64,000 nt of DNA from Macrostomum lignano (GCA_002269645.1 NIVC01000993.1:62001-126000), one strand, 5' to 3'. Shown: positions 39,461 to 52,813, counted from the stretch's first letter. The notes: generated from the letters alone by a model not told the origin. Translations and numbers: made by a program.

Positions 39461-42400
39461 TTACTCTGTCTGGGCTTCACTCCATTCTTCTGGCTGGATT
39501 TCATTGTCTTCGTCTCCTAACTCTTCGTTCTCTGCTTCTCTAATTTGGCATCTCCAATTAATTTCTTCCTCATCGGATTCTTCTTCAGATTCAACTGGTT
39601 TGGGCAGGATTAATTTTTGGGAATTTCGGCGGGGTTGGCCTTCCTTAATTACAGGTTGTCTCTTAGGTTTAGTAGAGGTGGGAATTGGAGCGGGAGTGGG
39701 AACGGGAGCGGGATTAGAGGCGGAATCAAGGGCATCTCGCTGGCCTTCCTTAGTGATTCGCTCTGCAGTAGAATTTGGGACTGGGGTTAGATTGTCTTGA
39801 TGCACAAGCATTTCTTTTCCTACTAATTCTCCTTCTTCTTCTTTCTGGACTTTGAAAACCACTTCTGATAGTTGGGCTAAAACTCTAAAGGCGGATCTCT
39901 TCTTTTGGTGGAACTTGTGGGATTCTTCGCTATCTAGCTGGGGGTTATTAATCAGTGCAAGGCAACCTATAGGGATTCTAGGGGGTAGCTTGTTAGTTTC
40001 AGCAGCGACTTGTCTTTTCTCTACTACTTTTTCCAACTTCTTCTTGACTATCTTATGAGCTTCCTCTAATCTTTCGGCATGCTTAGTGATGTAGGCGGGA
40101 TAATCAGCGTGTTCTGCTGTACTTCTGATCTGAGTGTCTAGAGGTAAGGTGGCTTCTCTGCCAAATAATAGGAAGTGAGGGGAAAAACCTGTGGTTGAAT
40201 TGGGGCTGGTGCGGACTGCTACTAAGGCTGCGGGAATTAATAAATCCCAATCACCGTGATCCTTATTGATCAAGCAGGTGATGATTGACTTGACTTGCTT
40301 ATTGAAACGTTCAACTAGTCCATTAGATTGGGCATGGTAGGGGGTAGTGAAGGTGTGGCAAATATTATAAAGTTCGCAAAAAGCTTTAAATTGTTTGCTG
40401 GCGAAAGTTTTTCCATTGTCTGTGTGGATCCAGGTGGGCTGTCCATATTCTGCTACTATTCGTTCAAGTAGTATCTTGATGACTTTGTCTGATTTTTGGT
40501 TTCTAATGGGAAAAGCAAAGGGGTATCTAGTTGTGCTATCAACAACTGTTAAAACATATTTATGACCTCGTTTGCTTTCTTTTGAGATTGGGCCGATGAT
40601 GTCTATGTGCAGGCGGCTAAATGCTTTACCAATAGGGAACGACTGGACTGGGGCCTGGACAAAATGTCCTTTCTTGCTCTCAAGGCAGGGGATGCACTCA
40701 GCAATTAATTGCTCGACTGAAGTGCTTAGTCTGGGTCGCCAAAATCTTTCTCTTATCCTCTGGAGCGTTTTATCTCTTCCTAGATGTCCTGCAAGGGGGC
40801 TGCAGTGTAGATCAATAAAAACTGCTTTGTCTAGGGATGGGGGCAAAACTACTTTGTTCTTTCCGTCTTCGGCAATTGTCAATAGTTCGTTATCGATCTC
40901 CATCAGTTTGAAATATTTACTGACTTTCTCGGGCACGTCCGGTGATTTGGGGAGTTGGCTCAGTTTCTGTTTCTTTGCTTCTAGTAGAGCTTTGATAATG
41001 GGGTCAGCAGCTTGGGCTTCTTCAATCTGTTCTTTCTTCAGGGGGCTGGGGAGATAATCAGTTAACAACTTCTCACACTTTCCTGTCTCTTCTTTTTCTG
41101 CTTCTACTTCTCTACCTGAGACAATTAGCTTTGTCCTAGATTCGGGACATTCAGTCTGGGTCTCGCTTTCTGTCAGAGCTTCAGGTGACTGGGACATGGG
41201 GTTGTCCTTAGTTTCAGCGGGAGCACTCTCATCTCTCAGGGGAACAGGGGTCAATTTCTCAACTTTCTCAGGGATTGGCTCAGTTCTCTCAAAATTTTCT
41301 TCAGATGCTTCAGGGGTTTCAGGGATCGCTTCAGCAGACTCAGTGGCTGCGTCAGGGACTTCAGGTGCTATTTCAGCAAGTTCGGGGGCTGCTTCAGGGG
41401 ATATTTCAGGGGCTTCAGCTATCTCAGCTGGTCTTCGCGACAATCCGTCGGCATTGGAATGTTTTGCGCCACTTCTGTGTTCAATGTCGAACCTGAATTC
41501 GTTCAGACGCTCTATCCATCTACCTAGGATTCCGGTTGCTTCAGTCTGTCTCATGAGCCAAATTATCGCTTTATGATCAGTTCGGGCTAAGAATTTCTTG
41601 CCGATCAGATAAAATCTGAAATGCCTCATAGCGTTGACAAGGGCTAACAATTCTTTCCGAGTAATGGGGTAACGCTTCTCTGATTCCTTCATTGCTCTAC
41701 TAAAATAGGCTATTGGTCGCTCTATGCCATCACTCTGGATTTGGCCAAGGCATGCGCCAATCCTGTCGTCACTGGCATCTGTGTCGAGCACCATTTTCAC
41801 ATTTTCATCTTCGACATATTTGGGGTATGCTAATACTTCAGTAGACATCATTTGCTGCTTCAGGGACTCAAAGGCTTCGTCATGCACTTTGCTCCACTTA
41901 GATTGGAAATTCTGAACTCCTTTTCGAGTCAATTGGAATAGGGGGTGAGCCACTTCGGCATAATTTTTCACAAATCGGCAATAATAATTGCATAGGCCAA
42001 GAAAACTGCGTAGTTCTTTTATGTCTTTGGGACGGGGCCAAGTTTGGATAGCTTCAATCTTCGTCTTGTCTGTTTGAATGCCTTGTCGGCCAATCACGTG
42101 TCCTAAGTACTTTAACTCGTGGTGGAAAAGATTGCACTTTTTGGGTCTCAACTTCAGACCTGCGGCAATTAGTCGCTTAAACACTTCTCTTAAGTGCTCT
42201 AAATGTTCGGCAAAAGTTTGGGAGTAGGCTATTATGTCATCTATATAGGACATGGCAAACTTGTGTTGGATTCCTAATAATACCAAATTCATTAGGCGTT
42301 GGAAGGTTCCGGGGGCATTGGAAAGTCCTTGGGCCATCACTTGGTATTCAAATTGGCCTCTAGTTAGGGTGGAGAAGGTGGTTCGATGCTTATCTTCTTC

Positions 42401-45071
42401 TTTGATGGGGACTTGCCAGTATCCTGAGTTTAAATCAAGGCTGCTAAAGTATTGGCTACCAGTTAGGTGGGAGAAGGTCTCTTGAATATTAGGGAGGGGT
42501 AGGGGTAGTAATTAACTCTTGAGTTGAGCACGCGGAAATCGCTCACGATTCTAATAGAACCGTCTTTCTTGGGGACAATTACTAGGGGAGTGGAGTAAGT
42601 TGAATAGCAGGGTCTAATTAGATTTTTGGCTAACATATCGTCTAATTGGGCGTCAACTTGCTTTTGCAAGTGTGGGAGGGATGCGTCTAGCTGGGATTCT
42701 AACGGGAGTGGGGTCTTTGATAGAGATTTCGTGGGTTACTAAGTGTGTCAGGCCCATGTCTAATTCATTCTGGGAAAAAGCTTCACGGTTTTCTTTCATT
42801 AAGTCAATGACTGCTTTTCGCTGTTTATCTGACAGTTCAGGGCCAAGGCTCACTTCATTAATCCAGGAATCTTCAGTACATTGAGTCTGGTTGACTTTCG
42901 CAGGGAGTTGGGAGCTGGGGGTTGGGTTTGCCAATAGGTTAGATCTTTAGCTTTCATGGGTCTGGCTAAGCCAATTAGGGAAGTTTTAGTTAGATTCACA
43001 TCTACTAGGTGGTGGTTAATAATTTTGACAATTCCTTTGCCTTCTTTCATAGTTACTAAGGTTGGAACCATTTCTAATGAGAAATCACGGGTTCAGATAG
43101 TATTGCCAATGGCTTCAATGGTCATAGGAGTGCCGTAATTCGATTCACAATTCTTGGCTAACTTCATGGGTATTCGAAGGGCACTATTAGCTGGGATGAT
43201 TACTCTTTCTTGAGTATAAACTCGGCAAACTTTCACGGGTAGGCGGGTATACTGCATGGGTATACAGGTACCTTCATTAAGCACTAGCATTCCTTTGGCT
43301 AGCTGAATGCTTTCGCATTGGGATAGGAAAAATTCCATACCTAGAATATTGTCACAATCATGTCGGCATAGGAGGAAATCAACTTTGATTTGGATATCGC
43401 CAAATTTCACTTGGGCGGATACTTCTCCTTCTAATTGAACTGGGGTACCGTCAAATGTACTGATGCTTTTGCTAGTGTCTTGGATTTGATCGGCACGGAA
43501 TAGCTTAGACTAGGTTGAGCGGCTCAGGAAATTATTTCTGGCGCCTGTGTCTAGCAAGAAATCAATCGATTCTTTCTGGATATCGCCAACAATTACAGCT
43601 TCATAACCTTCTAGCTTAGTCAGGTCGATTCGGGATGGGGAATTGGGTTTTGGCTTTTGTCGCTTCCTTGAGCGAGTTTCAGCACTGGATAGAGCATTAT
43701 TGGTTTTAATCGCATGGGATACATGGGGTGCAAGCGCAGTGGGTACATGGGGTGCGGACACATGATGTACATGAGCTTTGGTCGCATTGGTTACATGAGA
43801 GGCGGTTGCATGGGGGGAATTGTATACATGAGGGTCATGGGGGGCATTTGGCATGGCATTGTCGGCATCATCAAAGGCAAGAAGTGAAAAATTATTGGGG
43901 GAGACAAATATCGCATTATTTATAGGCATTGGCTGTACATGGGAGGTTTTGCGGGGATAGCGGAAACTGTACTGGGGAGGTTGCCGGTATTTCGGCTGGG
44001 GGGCATTTCGAAATGATAGGGAGGCAGGAGAGTAAGCAATATTTTGGCCTGAGGGGCGTGGCCTCTTAACTCGACCCTGGCTTCTCAGTTTCCCGACTTC
44101 TGGGAGTCACGGGGGTTACGGAACTTCAGCGGCTCATATCTTGGGTTAGGGGCTGACGCTCATTCCTTCTTGGGGGTTCACATCTTGGCGGCTGGTTCAT
44201 CAGCTGGGGCCTGTACTGCTGCTGAGGTTGCGGCCTGTACTGCTGCTGAGGTGGCTGTCTGTACTGCTGCTGGGGTGGCTGTCTATACAACTGAGGGTTT
44301 GGCTGTCTGTACTGCTGAGGAGGTGGCTGCCTATACTGTTGCTGGGGAACACCTGAGATGACGGGGCGCATTGCGCTGTTTCGGCCAGTTGTTTCTGCAG
44401 GTTCTGAATAAGCCTTTCTTGGCGGTCAATTTGGTTCTGCTGATTGATGATCAATTGATCAGTTTTAGCCTTATTCTCCTCTTTCTCTTCTTTAGTCACT
44501 TGGATTCCACCTTTGTGGGACATCTGGTAAGCAGCTTCAATTCTGCGCAGCATTCTGTGGGCGGCTTGGAGACTAGCCGGTTGGGCAAGGATCAGCTTCT
44601 CACGGGTGTCGGGAGGGGTTCTCACACCTTTAATAAATTGTTCGACAAGTTCTTCTTCTCTCTACTCAGCATCCATGTTCAGGAATGCGTGGGAGGCTAA
44701 TTCTATTAGGGCATCGGCAAAGCTATTAGTGGATTCGTTTCTGCCTTGGCAGCAATTCCTAAACTCTTCGCGAAATTCGGCGGAGCTACCTACTTTTCCA
44801 AATCTTTCGATTAGTCTTTCTTTGAACTCTTCATAGGGGAGATTAGCTGGGAGGTTGAGGCGTTGAACTGCTGCAAATGCAGTGCTCAGGTCTAAATTGG
44901 TAAGCAGTTCCTGCTTCCGGTTTTCTTCTTCTATGCCTTCGTTTTCACATCTCTGGTCAAATGCGGTAAGCCAAACTCTAATATCTTGGCTGGGAAGGTA
45001 CTTCTGGATCTTTACATGTCTGAGGGGGCCTAATTCGAGTCAGTTGCAAGGGCATCGTTAACTGCGGCCAT
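39461..45071 (-). pseudogene. gag-pol of the gypsy element, several frameshifts and stops; RT C-half/RH/IN still one 959-aa frame
   Basis: gag from ATG 45071 (DIRVWLTAF, QGRNESTNSF, Gln-rich YRQ repeats), protease FLLDTGA, RT YSTPLVIVPKKDG / LDLNSGYWQ / YIDD, RNase H DASD, integrase H-H-C-C, HIDIIGP, HTDNG, NGLVERFN. Confidence 0.95.
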
Positions 45072-45153
45072 ACTACTTCAGGGATTGGAAAGGGAAATTA
45101 GGCTGGGGTTGCGCGTTTCTCCAGATTCTGATCCTTTACCGCTGCCACCAAAT

Positions 45154-46141
45154 TGTTGTAAGGGTCTGTCTCTCAGTTTAAGAATCTCACTGCTGTTACC
45201 AAAACTGTTGTAGGAGAGGGGGGTATTTATGGAACTCTTGGGATTTCTGAAAGATAGTATAATTTTATTACTAATAGGAGTAAGCCAAGGGTTGCTCCTG
45301 GTGGCGTGAGTGTCCGAGCAGCAAGACACTGTCTAAAGGTTAAACTGTCCGAGGGAGGGCTACACGGCGGATCAGAGTTGCCTGGGGAATTTTCGCACGA
45401 TGGGAATTTCTAATAGCTAATAAGGAATGATTTCATGGGGAAGAGTTCACTTAATGGAATCGTTAAGGGGGGGGCTAAGATTTCTAATAGTTAAACTTCA
45501 AAGTAGGGGAACGAAATACCGAGTCAGTTGGGAGTTAGAGTTGGGCCATATAACTGGGCGACAGTAGGTCTGGGTAGGGAGTTGGCTGAACTCCAAGTCG
45601 AATTCTGGGGTCTGGGGGTTAGGGAAGGAAAGAGAGGCGAAGCTCTTGGTCACTAGGGGATAGGGGATGAGGTAATCACTGAGCGTGTCTGCAGGGTTGG
45701 AGGGGGGGAAAGCTGTACGCTTATAGCTGGACAGATTCGTGGGGAGAGGGGAGAGTCTGTACGCTTCGGCTGAACAGGCCTTGGGAAAGGGCTGAACACC
45801 TAAATAAAGAACAGTGAGTCAGGCAGTGCCCAATTACAACCTTTGTATTAGCCAACCTCTTAAAGGAGAGTGGGCCACACAAGGAGGAAGAAGAAGTCTC
45901 TCCTGATGTTACAATCGCTTGCTTATATAGTATATTTTGGCAAAATGTCAGACAATTTTAAACAAACATTTTACTAGATAACAATTTTTTACTAATATTC
46001 AAGTGCGCATTTATATTTTTAAGAAAAAGAAAACATTATACAAGCTCACATATTTTATGATATTGAAGGCAGAAATTTAGTCGTGAAGGCAACGAAGAAT
46101 AAGGTATTAAGATGCATTGCTATAATAAACTGCCTGCCTCA
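45154..46141 (-). repeat. 5' LTR (988 bp)
   Basis: Followed on the minus strand by ATT and the PBS. Confidence 0.95.
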
Positions 46142-49100
46142 TAAGGAATATAATTGTTAGACGTTTGATTCTCCCAAAGGATTACGATAGGAGAGTGGCT
46201 GAATTCCCTGGAGGAATGGGATGGGAGAGAGGCTCGATTCCTCAAAGGATTGGGAAAGGGGACTGACTGGATTCCCTAGAGGATTTGGACAGGAAAGCAG
46301 CTAAATTCCCTAGAAGATTGGGAAAGGGGAGTGGCTGGATTTTCCAGCGGATTGGGAAGGGAGAGTGGCTGGATTCCCTAGGGGATTTGTAAAGGGGAGT
46401 GGCTGGATTCCCCAGAGGATTGGGAAAAGAAAGCACCTAAATTCCCCAGAGGATTGGGAAAAGAGAGTGGCTAGATTTTTCAAAGGATTAGGAAAAGAAA
46501 GCACCTAAATTCCCTAGCCAGAGGATTTGGAAAAGAGTGGCTAGATTTTCCAGAGGATTGGGAAAGAGAAGTGGCTGGATTCCCCAGAGGATTAGTAAAG
46601 GGGAGTGACTGGATTCCCCAGAGGATTGGGAAGGGAGAGTGGATGGATTCCTCAGAGGATTGGGAAAAAGAAGCAGCTAAATTCCCCAGAAGATTGGGAA
46701 GGGGGACTGACTGGATTCCCTAGAGGATTTGGATAAAAAAGCACCTAAATTCCCCAGAGGATTGGGAAAAGAGAGTGGCTGGATTCCCCAGAGGATTGGG
46801 AAAAGAGAGTGGCTGGATTCCCCAGAGGATTGGGAAAAGAGAGTGGCTGGATTCCCCAAAGGATTGGGAAAAGAGAGTGGCTGGATTCCCCAGAGGATTG
46901 GGAAAGAGAAGTGGCTGGATTCCCTAAAGGATTTGAATAAGAAAGCAGCTAGATTATTCAGAGGATTGGGAAAGGGGAGTGTTTGGATTCCTTAGAAGAT
47001 CTGGATAAGAAAGCAGCTGGATTCCCTAGAGGATTGAGAAGGGAGGGTGGCTGAATTCCCTAGAAGATTCGGAATTGGGAGTGGCTAGATGCCCTAGAAG
47101 ATTTAGATAAGAAAGCAGCTAAATTCCTAGAGGATTGAGATAGAAAAGTGGCTAAATTTCTTAGATGATTAAGATAAGAGAGAGGATAGATTACTTAAAG
47201 GACTGATAGAGCTAGTTATAGAGCTAGTTATAGAGCTACTAGATTCTTTAAAGGATTATGATTAAGATAAGGGAAAGCTACATTGTTAGACAAATTAAGG
47301 CTAGGCTTAAGGATAAAGTAGCTTTTAAAGATTAATTTAAACTAAAAAATTCAAATAAGGATTATAGCTAGAAAAGAAACTAAATTGAAAAAAAATATTA
47401 AGGCTAAAAAATTGTATCTAATCTAAAAATACTAAGGCTAAGGAAAAGCTAGATTTGTAAAAAGATTAGGATTAGAAAAATGTTGGATATAAATTTGATA
47501 TAAATTTGCAAGCTATAAGTATAAGCCTAGCTAGTATAGGGCCCAACTATTTTATAATGATATATTTTAATAACAAATAATTATAGTAGAGGCTTAGCAT
47601 TGACTAAAAATAAATGAACAAAGATAGGTCTTTATAAATTAAAAAGATCTATATACAGTATACCCTACATAATAGGCCTATATAGAGGGTTAGGCCTTTT
47701 TTATTAAATGTTTTAAGGTATTATAAATAGACAGTTCCCTGATAACAGTAAACAGTTCTCATTCTGATTTAAATACTCTACACTTTGCAATGCAACTAGT
47801 AATATTGCAGTAACATTGAAACTTCTTTCCACTGTTTGAACTAATCCATCGATCTATATTAAAAACAGCAAAATAACGATTTTAATTATGCGCGGAAAGT
47901 AGTTCATTGGATTTATACATAAGCCCGCTTTTAATTGAGTAGAAGACATGTCACCGTGGCATATGACATGGCATTTACCCGATCTTATGCACTCGTTTTT
48001 GTACCTTTAGTCGGGGTTTTTATCAATGCCACTCGGGTGAATTATGTTATGCAACATGTAAACAAACTATAACAAATTATTTCACTTTGCTTAAAATATT
48101 GGCAACTAAGTTATGCATGAATTAATAATCAAGATAATTGTTATCAATATTATAATCAAAATACATTATTATTTATCTAAAAACATCCCCACCACTGATT
48201 AGTTGTTTCGTCTGCCGGCAGACGATTTGACAGCAGATGAAACAATTGCATCCCTTAAAATGCAATCAGTTTCTCAGTCAGTATCACTTCTCTATTAAAG
48301 TTGGCAAGAAAATAAAAGGCAATAATATGGTAATGCAATCCAAATCAACTCCAAGTTTCAATGCAGTCTTGTAGTGGAAATAATGTTTTATGGTGACACA
48401 ATTAAGCTAGTCAACTGATAATATATGATAAATATAAGCCAGTTGTGATCCAATCTTTATCAAAATTGGAATTTAGTCATTTTTATTTATAATGATTGCC
48501 CATGGCATTAAAAGCATTATAAAGTCGTAAAGACTTGTTTTTTGAATATTTAATTCCCTTAGCATTGAGCAATTTCTTAGCTAGGACACATGCATTATCA
48601 CAAGTCACAAGAAAAATTCTAATTTAATTGAATAGTGCAAGTTTCATTAAAATTGGTTAAGCCATTTTTTCTTAAAATCAATCACATGGCTAGATAGAAA
48701 CATTTCAATTTTTAGTGTATATTAGTATATGTGAAGCAAGCAAGCATACAAACCTTTGAGATTTAGTATAGGCCTATTAGGAAGGAAGTATATTAGTATA
48801 TATAGGAAGGATGAAAAATTCAATATTTAAGTTGATATAGAAAATTCATAGAATTTGTAGAATTTTGTTTTGTGTATCTATTATGGCAAAAGATAAAAAT
48901 CCAAGCCCCAATATGTAAAAATATAGAATAAATAAATCTAATTTTCAGCACTAGAGAAACAAGCTAATTGTACCTATTTTTACTTCTCTATATTTGGTTA
49001 TATACAATTCCAATTATAAGCTATAATGACAATGAATAATCTAATGTTTATTTGTTTAAGTTGGTTTACCTGCTGTTAACCATTTAATAATGCAAAGTGT

Positions 49101-49699
49101 TTCTCCTGATATGATATATTTTTCTTCAAAATTGTAGTCTATTACCATTTTAAAGTGTATCTAGCTAGTATGTGTTCTTGCTCTTGCTTTCATTTTTACA
49201 CTTTATAATTTGAAAAACAAAGGTCAAAACCTTTGTCTACTTTCTATATAGAATTCACATATTTCTAAAATAAAGAAGCCAATTTTAAGCAAAAGAAAAA
49301 GCAGAATATTTATAACTAAGGTCAAAAATTGTTTTTTTACCATAGCTAAATATTTGATAGAGCTCTTAGTACAATTTACTTTTTATCTTCTAAACTTAGA
49401 GCAAATAAAAACTTTTAAGCCTATAAAAACTTACTATTATTATCCAGAAAAAAGAAGCACTTTAAAAATGTCACACCTAATAAGTAGAAAATAAATTTAC
49501 ATGTACCGGAATAGTTAACTAGTTAGTTAGCTTCAATTCAATGACACAAAATAATGTTAAATGTTAAATATTAAAAGAGGTTAAACACTTATGTAATTAT
49601 AGCACTTTTTCACTTCTATTGTTTTTGTAGTGGCCCTTGCTCTTTAGAGCAATTACCTAAAACACACCTACGAGTAAGTCTACATCATTACAATTCTTT

Positions 49700-49840
49700 C
49701 TCCATCTCTTTAGCCTTTTTTGCTTTTTTCAGCCATCTACTCATTTTTAGCAGTTTGCTTATTTTTAGCTGTCTGCTCATCTTTAGCTATCTGCTCAATT
49801 TTAGCCATCTGCTCATCTTTAGCTGTCTGCTCAATTTAGT
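49700..49840 (-). repeat. 18-bp degenerate repeat reading as K(I/D)EQxAK on the minus strand
   Basis: Triplet-preserving units with one stop; possible decayed coding repeat. Confidence 0.5.
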
Positions 49841-50089
49841 ACACATACTAAACTTGGGTAAAAACACTTTTTAATAAGCATTTTGGAACAGAGCAGGCAA
49901 TCTCAATATGTCAAATGGCCTCCTTTATATGTAACTTTACCTGTTGCCTACCCGGCTTAAAAGCAGGGTGGTAACTATAAGATAAAAACTTCCTATTATT
50001 GCTCTCCAACCACAATGGGCCCATTTTGACAGCTCTGAGCTATACTAAAACAGTCTGACAACACTTGGTCTACAAGTCTTTTTTTACAA

Positions 50090-50326
50090 ATGATAGCAAC
50101 ACTATTCCCAAAAGCGATACTGAAACCACCATTGGTCAAGTACTTCTAACCAATACCACTGACAGTATAAACATTACAACTAGGCATTCATAAGCTGAGC
50201 AATTTAGTTGCCTCTTTTATATTTGTAGCCTAAAGTTGAATACCAACCATAAAATTCTTTATTCAACAAAGACAATGGCAAGGGGCCTTGACCATCAAAT
50301 ATAGTGAAAGCATCTTTAACAAAAGC
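50090..50326 (-). pseudogene. Decayed exon resembling an OST-HTH/LOTUS domain
   Basis: TTGCAG| acceptor then AFVKDAFTIFDGQGPLPLSLLNKEFYGWYSTLGYKYKRGN*IAQLMNA*..NVYTVSGIG; resemblance by eye only. Confidence 0.35.
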
Positions 50327-52813
50327 CTGCAATAAATATATAAAGGAAAGCATTTTTAAGTAATTTGTCTTTAAGCAACAAATAATGTAATTTAACAACA
50401 AAAATGTATATGTACTAAAAATATACCCTCTACATAACCCTACAGAACTACATATATCAACTTCCATGACTCTACTTTTGTGAATAAGGTGAAACATGAA
50501 AACAAAACATTATTATGTTTTCTTGCTGCGGTATGTCTTATGTGATAAGATAAAGTAGAAGACAGATTAAAGTAGGATAAAGCAACTAGAGGTGCCTTAA
50601 GGGCTAGGTTGAATGCTGCCAAGATGAACTGGGTTAGAAAATGTAATCTTTTAGTATAAACATGAAGGAAATTATCATGTTTTCTTGCTAGGGTGTCTTA
50701 TATAACTTATATACTTGAAATGTATATAACTTTATGTTAAGACAAGTTAGGACCTACACAATAATACAATTAGATTATATGCTATAATCAAACTAATTAG
50801 CTTTTCATCTAGGTAGATTATCTAGCCATTATTATATTGGTTGTTAAGCATTTATTTGAGGCAATTTTAGTTGAATGATCTCTAAAATATTTTTGACTTC
50901 ATCTTGGGACTAGTCAATACATAATACTTGTAAGCCAACATTGTAATATTGGCTGATTAAGTTGCAAGAGCAAGGTTAACTATGGCTAGGTTTGTATCTA
51001 TTTAATAAGATTAAGGTAGGCCTATAGTAAGTTTGGGGCTGAAACTGAAAGTGGGACTTTGGGTCATAGACAAGTTAGCTTATGGGCACTCAAAAGAAAG
51101 TACTTTTATTAAATGCAAGGAAACAAATAGATCTAACTGGCTTAACTGCTACAATATAATAATAAAAGCATATTGAGTTCGTTTTTATTATTAGGCCTAA
51201 TTTTGTAATATAAGTTTATTATTAATCATAGACAATAAATAAATTTAAAAAGTTTTTTTTAAGTATTAAATATATAATTAAGATAACAAAGTATTAAATA
51301 AAAGTGGTAAGAGCCTAAATACTATAGGCTAGGGGCCTAAATCAAATAAAAGTCAATAATAGGCCTTGACTTGACTAAGCTACAGGGGGCTCCATGCTTC
51401 TGAAAACAGCAAGGAAGCATTGCCACCCATTTTGCTAATTCTAGTTAGTTTGATTTTTAAGTCAATAATAGGCCAATAATATACAAATAAATCTAATACT
51501 ATAATAGGCCCTAATGCTTTGTAAATAGGCCTAGTTAAGTAATGAAAGCATTAAATTTAAACTCAAAAGAACTATAGGTCTATACATTCTGTTCAAGAAA
51601 GCAAAAATAAATAAACACATGGTCATGATTTCTTGCTTCGCTATATGCTATGCTATGATTATGCTATGATTGCCTTATTGTCTAAATTAGTATAGGCTAT
51701 TAGCTGATATTGTTAGGCCTACAAATAGGTACAGGGAAGAAGGTAGATAAGTAGATATACTAGACAATATAGGTAGGACATAGGCAGGCTGCATGCAAGA
51801 AGCAAGCAATCTTAATATGGTTGGCTCAATGTCAAAATCAATGCCTTAGTAGCTATAAGTCTAAGTTCATTTTGAAAAGATGATTTTCTCTTGAAAAAGC
51901 AACTTATAGAAATGTGTGAAAATATATAAAATCTCTTCTATCAACTGATCTAGGTTAAATTTTTATATCGGCTCATATAAAAATTTGTAATATAACAATT
52001 ACAAATTTTGTGATGTAATTGTTATATTAAGTGATCTGTGTGATCAAACTGCCACCTGACCTGGGACATAGCTGGCTAGGCCAATCCACAAAATACCAAC
52101 ACCCTAAGCTAGACTGCCTTTAAAAACTGGCTAGTGATTTTAACAAAGTAGTTTAAATTGCTACTAAATGGTAAAAAAATTATTCCTAGTTCGGAAATAA
52201 TAAAATATATAAAATTTTGCCTTAAAAATAAAGTCCTTCAAAATCAAATACTTGTTTTGGTATTCACCAAAACATTAATTCGCTGAAACATTACTTTTCC
52301 AAAACAAAATGTTGCAGCACCAGCAGCAACTTATGTTCAGTTGAATGTACACTATAAGTATAATTGCGCTATTGATAAGACCCAATACAAGCATTTTGTA
52401 ATTGATTCTAGATTGACTAGAATAGTACCAGTTGGTGAATATGCCTAGTATTCCTAGTTATTATATAGGCTATTAATTTGGGGCAAAAAATTATGGAGTA
52501 CTTATTATAGGCACGTCCGCCATGTCTATAGGCCCTAATGTTAAGCACACATGGTAGCTTTAAATTGCAGCTATAAATTCATTTGCCTTTCAATATTAAT
52601 GACACTGCTACTGGCGTTGTGCAGGTATTATTGGCATGGCCGCTATCTCCAGTGTGAGATGCATTCTATATTGTATGGACATGGTTGCCAACTCGCCGTG
52701 TCTATAAGGCTCTAATAATATTATAGACACGGCAGCCTGGTCTACAGTCTACATTTAAAGCATAAGTTTTCGTTTTATAAAAAAAATTATAAACTTTTCA
52801 TGCATTATAAGAG

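Larger units (their letters stand above)
36855..46141 (-). mobile_element. Ty3/gypsy LTR retrotransposon (9287 bp), degraded
   Basis: LTRs 36855-37841 and 45154-46141 (TG..CA), 4-bp TSD TAAG, PBS TGGTGGCAGCGGT at 45138-45150 (tRNA-Leu-like 3' end); domain order gag, PR, RT, RH, IN. Confidence 0.96.
33280..48490. mobile_element. Foldback-like element with ~2.0-2.3-kb inverted arms enclosing nested insertions
   Basis: 33280-~35980 is the reverse complement of ~46175-48490 apart from the MITE and repeat copy number; outer ~1.2 kb non-repetitive, inner part of ~34-bp tandem units (GAGGATTGGGAAAGGGGAGTGGCTGGATTCCCCA). Confidence 0.9.

Noticed and set aside
52696-52734. GCCGTGTCTATAA..TTATAGACACGGC hairpin as a Helitron 3' end
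   Set aside because: No CTRR terminus or other Helitron features; may be a promoter-proximal palindrome of STEEP1 but unsupported.
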